Program-made: the position numbers and the translations under genes | The notes under the pieces: generated by a model | The model's input: only the letters and a program-made list of their open reading frames with translations | Databases searched by the model: none | What the model was told of the DNA's origin: nothing | Part shown: positions 1-8,710 of the stretch, piece after piece | Numbering within the stretch: the stretch's first letter is position 1 | Layout: the number at the start of each line of letters is the position of its first letter | Assembly (NCBI RefSeq): GCF_001458695.1 | Contig: NZ_LN885086.1 | Coordinates: forward strand, 1,320,001 to 1,352,000 | Length of the DNA: 32,000 nt | From: Candidatus Nitrospira inopinata | GTDB taxonomy: Bacteria; Nitrospirota; Nitrospiria; Nitrospirales; Nitrospiraceae | Reading direction: 5' to 3'

Positions 1-855
1 GAGGCTCCCTCGCCGCGCGCGGAGGCGCTCATCGCCGTCGCCGGTCCGCTCGTGAGTTTCGGCCTGGGAGGGGCTTGTTTGGGGTCGGCCCTCTTGTTGG
101 AAATCACTCGGCAGGGATCTTCTCTTCACGGAATGATCGTCCTCTGCATCCTCCTGGGTGTGGTGAATATCCAGCTCGGGCTGTTCAACTTGCTTCCAGG
201 GTTTCCATTGGACGGAGGGAGGATCTTGCGGGCGGGGTTGTGGGCGTGGGGGCTGGATTTTCATGAGGCGACAAAACGGGCCGCTTCGGCCGGCTTTGGA
301 TTCGGCGTGCTGTTCGGATTGTTGGGGCTGCTCATGCTCGCGGGATCGTTGACGGGCGGGTTATCCGCTTCGGCGGCGTCCGGAGGAGGATGGGCGGTGT
401 TTATCGGCATGTTTCTCTGCGCCGCATCGTTGGTCAGCCGGCGACAGGCCGCGTTTCGCCACGTGCTTATGACCGTGCCGGTTCGCGAGTTGATGACGAG
501 GACGGTCGTCTCTCTTTCTCCGGGCAGCACGTTGGATGAGGCGGTCAATGGACGATTTCAGCCCTATGGCTACGGCGGGTTTCCCGTCGTGGACAACGGT
601 CGCTTGTTGGGGCTGGTGACGGTTCAGGACATCCAATCGGTGCCGACGTCACTTTGGTCCAGAAGACAGATCGATGAGATCATGCGCCCGGCGGTGTCGT
701 CGCTGTTTGTGGAGCCGGAGGCCCCGATTCTCCAGGCGATGGCGCAGATGGCGCAGGGAGGGTGGGATCGGCTCATCGTCGTGCAAGACGAGAAAATCGT
801 CGGTTTGGTCACGCAGTCGGTGATCGTGCGGTTTCTGCAACGATACAGAGGGTGA
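1..855 (+). CDS. M50-family (site-2 protease type) metallopeptidase, C-terminal part with tandem CBS domains; 5'-truncated by the window edge
   Basis: Frame 1 is open from base 1 (EAPSPRAEALIAVAGPLVSFGLG...), so the gene starts upstream of the window. It has the M50 signature NLLPGFPLDGG, several hydrophobic TM segments, then two CBS-like repeats (VRELMTRTVVSLSPGSTLDEA... and IDEIMRPAV...LIVVQDEKIVGLVT). Stop TGA at 853..855. Confidence 0.85.
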   Translation, partial: EAPSPRAEALIAVAGPLVSFGLGGACLGSALLLEITRQGSSLHGMIVLCILLGVVNIQLGLFNLLPGFPLDGGRILRAGLWAWGLDFHEATKRAASAGFGFGVLFGLLGLLMLAGSLTGGLSASAASGGGWAVFIGMFLCAASLVSRRQAAFRHVLMTVPVRELMTRTVVSLSPGSTLDEAVNGRFQPYGYGGFPVVDNGRLLGLVTVQDIQSVPTSLWSRRQIDEIMRPAVSSLFVEPEAPILQAMAQMAQGGWDRLIVVQDEKIVGLVTQSVIVRFLQRYRG

Positions 856-888
856 CGCGGCGAGACCAAAAGGACGGTCGGAAACGGT

Positions 889-2367
889 TTATTGCAAGGC
901 CTGCACGGCTTGGACGGCAAGGTTCACGAGCGGGCCGGGATACAGGCCCAAAATCACGACGCCAGCGATCGCGCAGGCCAGGACGATTGATATGGCCGGC
1001 GACAGCACCAGACGCGGCGACGCGGCCGTCGATGCGTCGGGGTCGCGCATGTACATGACCATCACGACGCGGAGATAGTAGTAAGCGGAGACGACGGCGA
1101 AGACCAACGCGACGACGGCCAACCAGGCGAGTCCCGCCTCCACCGCCGACATGAAGACGTAAAATTTTCCGATGAACCCGGCCGTCGGCGGAATGCCGGC
1201 CAGCGACACCATGAACACGAGCATCAGCAGCGCGGCGAGCGGATGGCGTTTGGCCAAGCCGGTGAAATCCTCGATCTCGTCTCCCTCGACGTCGCCCTTC
1301 CGAAGCATCGCGACGACGGCGAACGCCCCGAACGTCATGAACGCGTAAAACGCGAGGTAGAGCAAGACGCTGGCGATGCCGATCGCGTTGCCCGCGAGTT
1401 CCGGCGATCGTCCCGAGGCCACGACGCCGATCATGGCGTAGCCGGCGTGGGCGATGCTCGAATAGGCCAACATCCGTTTGATGTTGGTCTGGACCAGGGC
1501 CACGCTGTTTCCCAACACCAGCGTCGCGATGCAGATGAGGAGAAACAAAAACGACCAATCGGTTTTGAGGCCGCCCAATCCTTCGACAAAGACGCGGAGA
1601 AAGGCGCCGAAACTGGCGGCTTTGGACGCCACGGCCATGAACGCCGTGACGGAGGTGGGTGCGCCTTGATACACGTCGGGCGTCCACATGTGGAACGGCA
1701 CCACGGCCAGCTTGAATCCGAAACCGGCCGCCAGCAGGATCGTGGCCACGAGAGGCAACGGGGCGTCCAAGCCGTGGCCGGCGACGGCCGCCGCGATGGC
1801 GGGCAATCTGGTGCTGCCCGTCGCTCCGTAGAGCAAGGAAATGCCGAAGAGCAGAATGCCGGATGAAAACGCGCCCAAAACGAAGTATTTTGCGGACGCT
1901 TCCAGCGAACGGGGCTCCGCCCGCTTGAGCCCGGCCATCACGTACAACGACAGCGACATCAATTCCGTGCCCAGGTAGATGGTCAGAAGATCCGCCGCCG
2001 AGACCATGACCATCATGCCGGCAAGGGCCAGCAGGACAAAGGCGTAGTATTCGCCGACCTGCAACCGTTCTTCTTTCAAATACGAGTAGGATAGAAGGAC
2101 TGTGAGGCCGGATACGAGGCACAGCAGCAACTTCCAAAAACAGGCGTAGTCGTCGATCTTGACGAACCCGCCGAACGCCTCCGCCTGATTTCCCAGTTGC
2201 GAGGCGATGAGCCCCATGCAGACGGCCAAGGTGCCCAGGCTCAGCCAAGCCAGCCCGTCCCGTTGATGAGGGGCCATGATCGGCTCGATCGCGAGCACGG
2301 CGCAAGCCGCGGCGACCACCAAAAGCTCCGGGAGAATGAGCAACAGATCGCCGGACGACAACGTCAT
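889..2367 (-). CDS. nuoN: NADH-quinone oxidoreductase subunit N
   Basis: Polytopic Mrp-antiporter-like protein (MTLSSGDLLLILPELLVVAAACAVLAI...; LLAYSSIAHAGY motif) and last gene of the nuo array. I place the start at ATG 2365..2367, which forms an ATGA overlap with the nuoM stop. The track ORF to 2730 is an Arg/Pro-rich over-extension. Stop TAA at 889..891. Confidence 0.9.
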   Translation of the reverse strand: MTLSSGDLLLILPELLVVAAACAVLAIEPIMAPHQRDGLAWLSLGTLAVCMGLIASQLGNQAEAFGGFVKIDDYACFWKLLLCLVSGLTVLLSYSYLKEERLQVGEYYAFVLLALAGMMVMVSAADLLTIYLGTELMSLSLYVMAGLKRAEPRSLEASAKYFVLGAFSSGILLFGISLLYGATGSTRLPAIAAAVAGHGLDAPLPLVATILLAAGFGFKLAVVPFHMWTPDVYQGAPTSVTAFMAVASKAASFGAFLRVFVEGLGGLKTDWSFLFLLICIATLVLGNSVALVQTNIKRMLAYSSIAHAGYAMIGVVASGRSPELAGNAIGIASVLLYLAFYAFMTFGAFAVVAMLRKGDVEGDEIEDFTGLAKRHPLAALLMLVFMVSLAGIPPTAGFIGKFYVFMSAVEAGLAWLAVVALVFAVVSAYYYLRVVMVMYMRDPDASTAASPRLVLSPAISIVLACAIAGVVILGLYPGPLVNLAVQAVQALQ

Positions 2368-3995
2368 GGGCGGCCTTCTTTCCGCGAAGGCTCGACGCCC
2401 TCCGCCCCGTTGGGCGATGGGACGTGGGCGACGTCCGTCCGTTGCACGAGAGCGACTTCTCCTGACGGGGCCGGAGGAGCTTCCGGTCCGGTCGTATCGT
2501 CGTGGCGGCGCATGGTCTCGACCTCGGCGGGAGGCTGGGGCAGTGTACGGACCAGGACTTGGTTCACGCTGGGGTGCAGGCGGCCGACGAGGGGATTGGG
2601 GAAAACCCCGATCCAGAACACCAGTATCACGAGAGGAATCAGTGCGGCCGCCTCGCGAACGTTCACGTCGTGAAGCTTCGGCAGAAAAACGGGGGACGGG
2701 ACGCCGAAGGCCACCCGTTGGACCATCCACAGGAGATACGCGGCGGCGAGAATGATCCCCAACGAGGCCAGGGTCGCGGCGAGTTTGTTCGTGAGAAAAG
2801 TCCCGGCCAGCACCAGGAATTCGCCCACGAAACTGTTGGTGCCGGGCAAGCCGAGCGACGACAAGGCGAAGATGACCAAGCAGGTAGCGTAGCGGGGCAT
2901 CGGCTTCGCGAGCCCGACGTTGTCGGCGATGAGCCGACTATGGGTCCGATCGTAAATGATGCCGACGCAGAGAAACAGGCCGCCGGTGGTGATGCCGTGG
3001 TTGACCATCTGCAGCACGGCGCCTTCGATGCCTTGCAGATTGAAGGTGAAGAGCCCCAGTGTGACGAATCCCATGTGGCTCACGCTCGAATAGGCGATGA
3101 GCTTTTTCAGATCGGTCTGAGCCAGCGCCATATAGGCGCCGTAAATGATGGCGATGATGGAAAGGGCGACCATCAGCGGCGTGAACGCCTTCGACGCGTC
3201 GGGCAGCATCGGCAGGCTGAACCGCAGGAACCCATAGGTCCCCATTTTGAGCAACACGCTGGCGAGAATGACGCTGCCGGCGGTGGGGGCCTCGACGTGG
3301 GCGTCGGGCAGCCAGGTGTGGAATGGAAACATCGGAACTTTCACCGCGAAAGCGGCGAAGAAGGCCAGAAACAGCCAGAATTGCAATGTTGGAGAATAGG
3401 AGCCGCCGGTTAAGCGAAGGATGTCGAAGGTGTCCGCCTGGGCGTACAGCACCAAAATGGCGACGAGCAGCAACACGCTGCCGGCCAGGGTATAGAGCAC
3501 GAATTTCACCGTGGCGTACAGACGATTCGGCCCGCCCCACACTCCGATGAGGAGATACATCGGAATCAGCATCGCCTCCCAAAAAATGTAAAACAGCACG
3601 AAATCGAGAGAGGCGAACACGCCGATCATGGCTCCTTCCATCACCAGGAGCAGGGCCATAAAGCTCTTGATCCGCGTCTCGACCGAGCGCCAGGAGATCA
3701 AGACGCAGAGGGGCAGCAACACGGTCGTCATCAACACGAGCGGCAGGCTGATGCCGTCGAGCCCCACGTGGTATTGAATGGGAGGTCGGGGGATCCAGAC
3801 GGCCTGCTCGGTAAACTGCATGGAAGTGGAAGAGGAGTCGAACAGCCACCAGAGGGGCGTCGCGACCGCGAATTCGGCAATCGTGATCCCGAGGGCGATC
3901 GGCCGGACGGTGGATTCCTTGACCAGACACAGCACCGCCGCTCCCGCCAGCGGGAGGAAGATCAGAACGGTCAGCCAGGGAAATGAATCCGTCAT
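2364..3995 (-). CDS. nuoM: NADH-quinone oxidoreductase subunit M, with an unusual C-terminal hydrophilic tail
   Basis: 543 aa, MTDSFPWLTVLIFLPLAGAAV... It has typical NuoM/ND4 motifs (WLPDAHVEAPTAGSVILA, LIAYSSVSHMGF) and sits between nuoL and nuoN. The last ~59 aa are non-membrane and Pro/Glu/Ala-rich. Confidence 0.92.
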   Translation of the reverse strand: MTDSFPWLTVLIFLPLAGAAVLCLVKESTVRPIALGITIAEFAVATPLWWLFDSSSTSMQFTEQAVWIPRPPIQYHVGLDGISLPLVLMTTVLLPLCVLISWRSVETRIKSFMALLLVMEGAMIGVFASLDFVLFYIFWEAMLIPMYLLIGVWGGPNRLYATVKFVLYTLAGSVLLLVAILVLYAQADTFDILRLTGGSYSPTLQFWLFLAFFAAFAVKVPMFPFHTWLPDAHVEAPTAGSVILASVLLKMGTYGFLRFSLPMLPDASKAFTPLMVALSIIAIIYGAYMALAQTDLKKLIAYSSVSHMGFVTLGLFTFNLQGIEGAVLQMVNHGITTGGLFLCVGIIYDRTHSRLIADNVGLAKPMPRYATCLVIFALSSLGLPGTNSFVGEFLVLAGTFLTNKLAATLASLGIILAAAYLLWMVQRVAFGVPSPVFLPKLHDVNVREAAALIPLVILVFWIGVFPNPLVGRLHPSVNQVLVRTLPQPPAEVETMRRHDDTTGPEAPPAPSGEVALVQRTDVAHVPSPNGAEGVEPSRKEGRP

Positions 3996-4041
3996 GCGCG
4001 CTCTACCGTTCGGTCATGTCGGTCATCAATTCTTGCCATGA

Positions 4042-5937
4042 TCAGGACAGGAAAAAAATCGTCACCATCACGACGATGCCGGCCGCCATCGCCAAGGCGT
4101 AGTGTTGCGTTTCCCCGCTTTGAACCAACCGGAGCAGCCACCCGCCCCAGGCAACGGCCCGCCCGATGCCGTTGACGGCCCCGTCGATCACGGCGACGTC
4201 GATTCGTTTCCAGAGAGCGACGGCGGCGGACACCGTCGTCCGCACGAACAGCCGGTCATAGGCTTCGTCCACGTACCATTTATTCAGAGAGCCTCGATAC
4301 AGGCTTTCCCACCGACGAGCCAGGCGGTCGGGCAAGCCGGGGTTGAGCACATAGACGTAGTAGGCCCCCGCGATGCCGGTCAGGCCCGCCAACGTCGCCG
4401 CGATCATGATGCCGATGCCGGCGGCGCCGTGGGGTTCCACGGGGGCGTCGGTTGCGAACACCGGCTCCAAAAATGACGGGATGCCGAGGTATCCGGTCGC
4501 GATGCTGAGCATCGCCAGGATGATGAGCGGCCCGGTGATGACGCCGGACGGTTCATGCACGTGATCGGCCTGGTGCGGATCGACGCGCGACGGCCCCCAA
4601 AACATCACAAAGACCAGCCGGAAACTGTAAAAGGCCGTCATGAGGGCGGTGAACAAGCCGGCGATCGCGAGCATTTGTCCCAGCGACCCGGACGACCAAG
4701 CGGCCACCAAGAGATCATCCTTGCTGAAAAACCCCGCCGTCAGGGGAAAACCGGCCAGCGCCAGGGAGCCGATCACGAACGTCCAATAGGTGATCGGGAG
4801 TTTGTCCTTCAGCCCGCCCATGTTCCGCATATCCTGCTCATGATGAAGCGCGATGATGACGGACCCGCAACCCAAAAACAGCAACGCTTTGAACGCGCCG
4901 TGAGTCAGCAGATGATACATGCCGGAGACATAGGCGCCGAGCCCGCAGGCCATGACCATGTAGCCCAGTTGACTGACCGTCGAGTAGGCCACCACGCGCT
5001 TGATGTCCGTCTGGGTCAGCGCAATGGTCGCGCCGAAGACCATCGTCAGCGCTCCGACCACGGCCACCACGTCCATTGCGACGAGGGATAAGTTGTAGAG
5101 CGGCGCCAGCCGAGCCACCATGAAGACGCCGGCGGTGACCATCGTCGCCGCGTGGATCAGGGCCGAGATGGGCGTCGGTCCCTCCATTGCGTCGGGCAGC
5201 CACACGTGCAGCGGGACTTGCGCCGACTTGCCGACCGCGCCTGTGAACAGCAAAAGGCAGAGAAGGGTCAAAACCGAGACCTCCCAGATTCCACCGAAGG
5301 GGGCGAGGAGGTTGATCGTTTGCGCGGCGGTTTCCCGCGCGGCGGCGAAAATTTCGTGATAGTTCAGCGAGCCGAACGTGACCCATGCCAACAGCAGGCC
5401 CAGCAGAAACCCGAAGTCGCCGACGCGGTTGACCAGAAAAGCCTTCGTCGCCGCCGCACAGGCGGAAGGGCGCTCGTACCAATGGCCGATCAAGAGATAA
5501 GAGCAGAGGCCGACCGCTTCCCAGAAGATGAAAAGCTGAAGAAGATTGTCGGCCAACACCAGCATGAGCATGGAGAAGGTGAACAGGGCGATATAACTGA
5601 AGAAGCGCGCGTATCCCGGCTCGCCGTGCATGTACCCGATGGTGTACACGTGGACGAGCGAGCTGACGCCGGTGACCAGCAGGAGCATGACGGCCGTCAG
5701 CCGGTCGATGGACAGGCCGATGTGGACGTCGAGAGAGCCGGAGACGAGCCAGGTGTAGAGCGGGATCGTCATATTGTGCCCGTCGATCGCTTCGCTCAAC
5801 GTGGTGATGGACAGCAAAAACGACAACACGACGGCCGGCACGGCGATCAGATGCGCCTTGTCCTTGATCCAATGGCCGGCGAGCCCGAGGATCAGGAAAG
5901 ACAGCAGGGGTAACAGTGGGATGAGAGCGTACGGCAT
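4042..5937 (-). CDS. nuoL: NADH-quinone oxidoreductase subunit L
   Basis: ND5/NuoL-like protein (WLPDAMEGPTPISALIHAATMVTAGV, VVAYSTVSQLGYM) with a C-terminal lateral-helix region. The start is taken at ATG 5935..5937 (MPYALIPLLPLLSFLILG), which matches the usual NuoL N-terminus. The track's GTG at 5991 adds 18 non-hydrophobic residues. Confidence 0.9.
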   Translation of the reverse strand: MPYALIPLLPLLSFLILGLAGHWIKDKAHLIAVPAVVLSFLLSITTLSEAIDGHNMTIPLYTWLVSGSLDVHIGLSIDRLTAVMLLLVTGVSSLVHVYTIGYMHGEPGYARFFSYIALFTFSMLMLVLADNLLQLFIFWEAVGLCSYLLIGHWYERPSACAAATKAFLVNRVGDFGFLLGLLLAWVTFGSLNYHEIFAAARETAAQTINLLAPFGGIWEVSVLTLLCLLLFTGAVGKSAQVPLHVWLPDAMEGPTPISALIHAATMVTAGVFMVARLAPLYNLSLVAMDVVAVVGALTMVFGATIALTQTDIKRVVAYSTVSQLGYMVMACGLGAYVSGMYHLLTHGAFKALLFLGCGSVIIALHHEQDMRNMGGLKDKLPITYWTFVIGSLALAGFPLTAGFFSKDDLLVAAWSSGSLGQMLAIAGLFTALMTAFYSFRLVFVMFWGPSRVDPHQADHVHEPSGVITGPLIILAMLSIATGYLGIPSFLEPVFATDAPVEPHGAAGIGIMIAATLAGLTGIAGAYYVYVLNPGLPDRLARRWESLYRGSLNKWYVDEAYDRLFVRTTVSAAVALWKRIDVAVIDGAVNGIGRAVAWGGWLLRLVQSGETQHYALAMAAGIVVMVTIFFLS

Positions 5938-6052
5938 CGTCACACCGTGTTTCTCGGCGCTCGTTGCTTGCGACGCCCCGCGCGAGGGCACATGGCCGCC
6001 GAGCTTCCGGCGGCGGTGGACGATGTATCGCGCGTCGCGAGGTACGGAGCTC

Positions 6053-6358
6053 TTACCATTTCAGCAGTTTGAAATCTTCAAGGTTGATCGACTCTTTCGA
6101 TCGGTGCAAGGCGATGATGATCGCCAGTCCGACGGCGACTTCCGCCGCCGCGACCGTCAGAGCGAAAAACACGAACACCTGACCGCCCAAGTCCTCGAGG
6201 TACCTGGAAAAGGCGACGAAGTTGATGTTCGTCGCGTTCAACATCAGCTCGACCGACAAGAGAATGGCGATGATGTTGCGACGAATCAGGACGCCGACGA
6301 CGCCCGTCAGGAAGACGACGGCGCTCAAGACCAGGTAATAGGTGATGGGAATCGTCAT
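6053..6358 (-). CDS. nuoK: NADH-quinone oxidoreductase subunit K
   Basis: About 101 aa, three TM helices, ND4L-like ([42 protein letters not shown]). ATG at 6356..6358 is preferred over the upstream TTG at 6382. Position is between nuoJ and nuoL. Confidence 0.88.
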   Translation of the reverse strand: MTIPITYYLVLSAVVFLTGVVGVLIRRNIIAILLSVELMLNATNINFVAFSRYLEDLGGQVFVFFALTVAAAEVAVGLAIIIALHRSKESINLEDFKLLKW

Positions 6359-6425
6359 GGCTCCACCGTCAAGTATGGACAAAGCCTCTCGCCCGACGCG
6401 AAACGGCGATGACCGGTCGTCTCCG

Positions 6426-6968
6426 TCATGCCCCGCTCCCGCCGATGTCGCGTTTGGCCAGGACGATGGCGCCGATCATCGCCACCAGGAGAATCAACGA
6501 GGCGACTTCAAAGGGAAACAGGTACGTTGAAAAGAGCGTCAGCCCGATGGCCCTGGCGTTATCCGCGCCCGGACCGGCCTGATCGGCGGAAAGCAGGGGC
6601 GACGGTTCCACCTTTCCTCCGGCCAACAACACCAGAAGCTCCAGCAGCAGGGGGACGCACACGAATCCCGCCATCCGCCACTGGCGGTGATATCGGTCGT
6701 CTTGCTTGGCGTTCAACAACATGACGACGAACAGGTAGAGAACCAAAATGGCGCCCGCATAAACGATCAATTGAACGGCGGCCAGAAACTCCGCGTGGAG
6801 GGTGACGTACAACCCCGCGACGTGGAAGAACATGATTAAAAGAGAAAGAACGCTATAGACGGGATTTCTGAGCGCCACCACCAGCATGGCGGTGACGGCG
6901 ATGACCCCGGCGAAATATCCGAAGACTAACTGCGCCACGAGCAACGTCTCCTCTCTGGTCTGCGGCAC
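6426..6968 (-). CDS. nuoJ: NADH-quinone oxidoreductase subunit J
   Basis: 180 aa, hydrophobic and ND6-like ([51 protein letters not shown]). Position is between nuoI and nuoK. GTG start. Confidence 0.85.
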   Translation of the reverse strand: MPQTREETLLVAQLVFGYFAGVIAVTAMLVVALRNPVYSVLSLLIMFFHVAGLYVTLHAEFLAAVQLIVYAGAILVLYLFVVMLLNAKQDDRYHRQWRMAGFVCVPLLLELLVLLAGGKVEPSPLLSADQAGPGADNARAIGLTLFSTYLFPFEVASLILLVAMIGAIVLAKRDIGGSGA

Positions 6969-7019
6969 ACACCCGCCACCGTATCCCCCTTCGGGTCTTT
7001 GCGAGGGGCGGGCTTTTCA

Positions 7020-7562
7020 TTAAACGGGCTTTTGCGGCACGTGCTTGAACGCCACGTTGAAGAACGCCGTGTTGGGGTGCTGGAGCTCCAGGCGCTTCTC
7101 GCGGACGGGGAAGGAACGGTCGCCGATCGCCAGTAGTTGCTGTTTGTTCAAGTGGAGCTGCCGTTTGTCGTACACCGCCCATTCAAATTCCCGCGTCATG
7201 CCCAGCGCGTCGACGGGGCAGGCGTCCACGCACATTCCGCAGAACAGGCAGCGGGTCATGTCCATGTAATATTCTTTTGCGTAGCGTTTCGTGGGCTCGC
7301 CCGGCACTTCGGCGCTGACCACGCGGATCACGCGGGACGGGCAGGCCGCTTCGCAGAGGTCGCAGCCGACGCATTTTTCCGTTCCATCGTCGTAGCGCAA
7401 CAACGCGAGCATGCCGCGATAGTTGTCGGGCAAGGTGCGTTTTTCGTGCGGATACTGCAACGTGACGGGCTTATAGTTCAACAAATGAGACAGCGTCGCC
7501 TTCATGCCTGCGGCGATTTCATAGAGCGTGATGGTCTTCAGCCATTGTTTCAGTCTGTCCAT
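7020..7562 (-). CDS. nuoI: NADH-quinone oxidoreductase subunit I (2x[4Fe-4S] ferredoxin-type)
   Basis: Two CxxCxxCxxxCP motifs (CVGCDLCEAACP and CLFCGMCVDACP). 180 aa with an ATG start at 7560..7562. Confidence 0.93.
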   Translation of the reverse strand: MDRLKQWLKTITLYEIAAGMKATLSHLLNYKPVTLQYPHEKRTLPDNYRGMLALLRYDDGTEKCVGCDLCEAACPSRVIRVVSAEVPGEPTKRYAKEYYMDMTRCLFCGMCVDACPVDALGMTREFEWAVYDKRQLHLNKQQLLAIGDRSFPVREKRLELQHPNTAFFNVAFKHVPQKPV

Positions 7563-7577
7563 AAGCCGCCTCGGCCG

Positions 7578-8651
7578 TCAACTGTTCGGAAACAGATAGA
7601 CGGCGATCGATGTGACCACAATGTTCGCCAACGCGATCGGCAGCATTACCTTCCAGCCGAACCGCATCAATTGGTCGTAGCGCAGTCGCGGGAGCGTGGC
7701 CCGCAGCCAGAAAAAGAGGAACAGGAAGAAATAGGTCTTGGCCGCGAACCACATGGTGTTTTCTATCCACGCGAGAGACGGAAATCCCAACAACTCAAGG
7801 ATCGTTCCGGGATAGGGGGCGTTCCACCCGCCGAGAAACATCGCGGCCGCGATGCACGAGACCAAAACCATGTTGGCGTACTCGGCGAGATAAAAAAACG
7901 CGAATCGCAGGCCGCTGTACTCGGTGAAAAACCCCGCGACCAGTTCGCTCTCGGCCTCGGGCAGGTCGAACGGAACGCGGTTGGTTTCGGCGACCGAGGA
8001 AATCACGTATACCACGAACGCGAAGATCTGGGGGGCGGGGAACGCGAAGAGGTACCAGTGCCAGAACCACCCCGATTGCGCGTTGGTGATTTTCACCAGG
8101 CTCAACGAACCGGCCAGAATGATGACGCCGATGATGGCCAGTCCGACGTTCAGCTCATAACTGATCACTTGAGCGGCCGACCGCAGTCCCCCGAGCAGCG
8201 AGTACTTGCTGTTGGACGCCCAACCGCCCAGAATGATTCCGTAGGCGCCGAGCGAGGCGAAGGCCAGGATGTAAAGAATGCCGATGTTGATGTCGCTGAT
8301 CACGAACGGCTTGATGACGGTGCCGTTGAATTCGACCGTCCAGTCCGGACCCCAGGGAATCACGGCGAATCCGATGAACGCCGGAATCAACGCCAGCAGC
8401 GGCGCCGCCGTAAAGAGAAACTTATTCGCCCCCGCCGGCACGATGTCTTCCTTGAAGAACAGCTTGATGGCGTCCGCGAACGGCTGAAGGATGCCGTACG
8501 GGCCCACTTCCATCGGCCCCATGCGGTCCTGCATCCACCCCAGCACCTTCCGTTCGGCGAGGGTGAGGATGAGCACCGTCACGATGACAATGACGACGAC
8601 CACGGCGATTTGGGTCAATGACAGGAAAAAACGCAGCCCAAGTTCAGTCAC
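7578..8651 (-). CDS. nuoH: NADH-quinone oxidoreductase subunit H
   Basis: 357 aa, ND1-like (ERKVLGWMQDRMGPMEVGPYGILQPFADAIKLFFKED; FDLPEAESELVAGFFTEYSG). GTG start. Confidence 0.92.
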   Translation of the reverse strand: MTELGLRFFLSLTQIAVVVVIVIVTVLILTLAERKVLGWMQDRMGPMEVGPYGILQPFADAIKLFFKEDIVPAGANKFLFTAAPLLALIPAFIGFAVIPWGPDWTVEFNGTVIKPFVISDINIGILYILAFASLGAYGIILGGWASNSKYSLLGGLRSAAQVISYELNVGLAIIGVIILAGSLSLVKITNAQSGWFWHWYLFAFPAPQIFAFVVYVISSVAETNRVPFDLPEAESELVAGFFTEYSGLRFAFFYLAEYANMVLVSCIAAAMFLGGWNAPYPGTILELLGFPSLAWIENTMWFAAKTYFFLFLFFWLRATLPRLRYDQLMRFGWKVMLPIALANIVVTSIAVYLFPNS

Positions 8652-8710
8652 GATACAACTCCCGGCTAACAGTGCACATTAAGCCTGCACTATGAAATAG
8701 AACATCCCCT

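Noticed and set aside
809-2305. Long alternative-frame and antisense ORFs listed in the track (809..2305 -, 7137..8621 +, 10430..11587 +, 11764..12906 +, 13169..14032 +, 18752..19987 -, 30204..30662 - and 30699..31685 -).
   Set aside because: Each lies fully inside or opposite a gene with strong family signatures. Their translations are Arg/Gly/Pro/His-rich low-complexity strings with no motifs. Long stop-free shadow frames are expected in GC-rich DNA.
2368-2730. N-terminal 121-aa extension of the nuoN ORF (track ORF 889..2730).
   Set aside because: The extension is Arg/Pro/Ser-rich and overlaps the nuoM 3' end in another frame. The NuoN-like hydrophobic sequence starts at the internal ATG 2367, which forms a typical ATGA coupling with the nuoM stop.
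2364-5937. Possibility of a 2M-type (extra NuoM, elongated NuoL) high-stoichiometry complex I.
   Set aside because: Only one nuoM is present between nuoL and nuoN, and NuoL is about 631 aa, which is a normal length.
5995-6014. GC-rich hairpin (GCCGCCG-AGCTTC-CGGCGGC) in the 115-bp nuoK-nuoL spacer. A smaller stem (AGTGCA/TGCACT) sits in the nuoG-nuoH spacer near 8670..8690.
   Set aside because: These are plausible intra-operon mRNA structures, but 6-7 bp GC stems are common by chance at this base composition. If nuoL uses the GTG at 5991, the first hairpin simply abuts the start codon. They are not distinctive enough to call.
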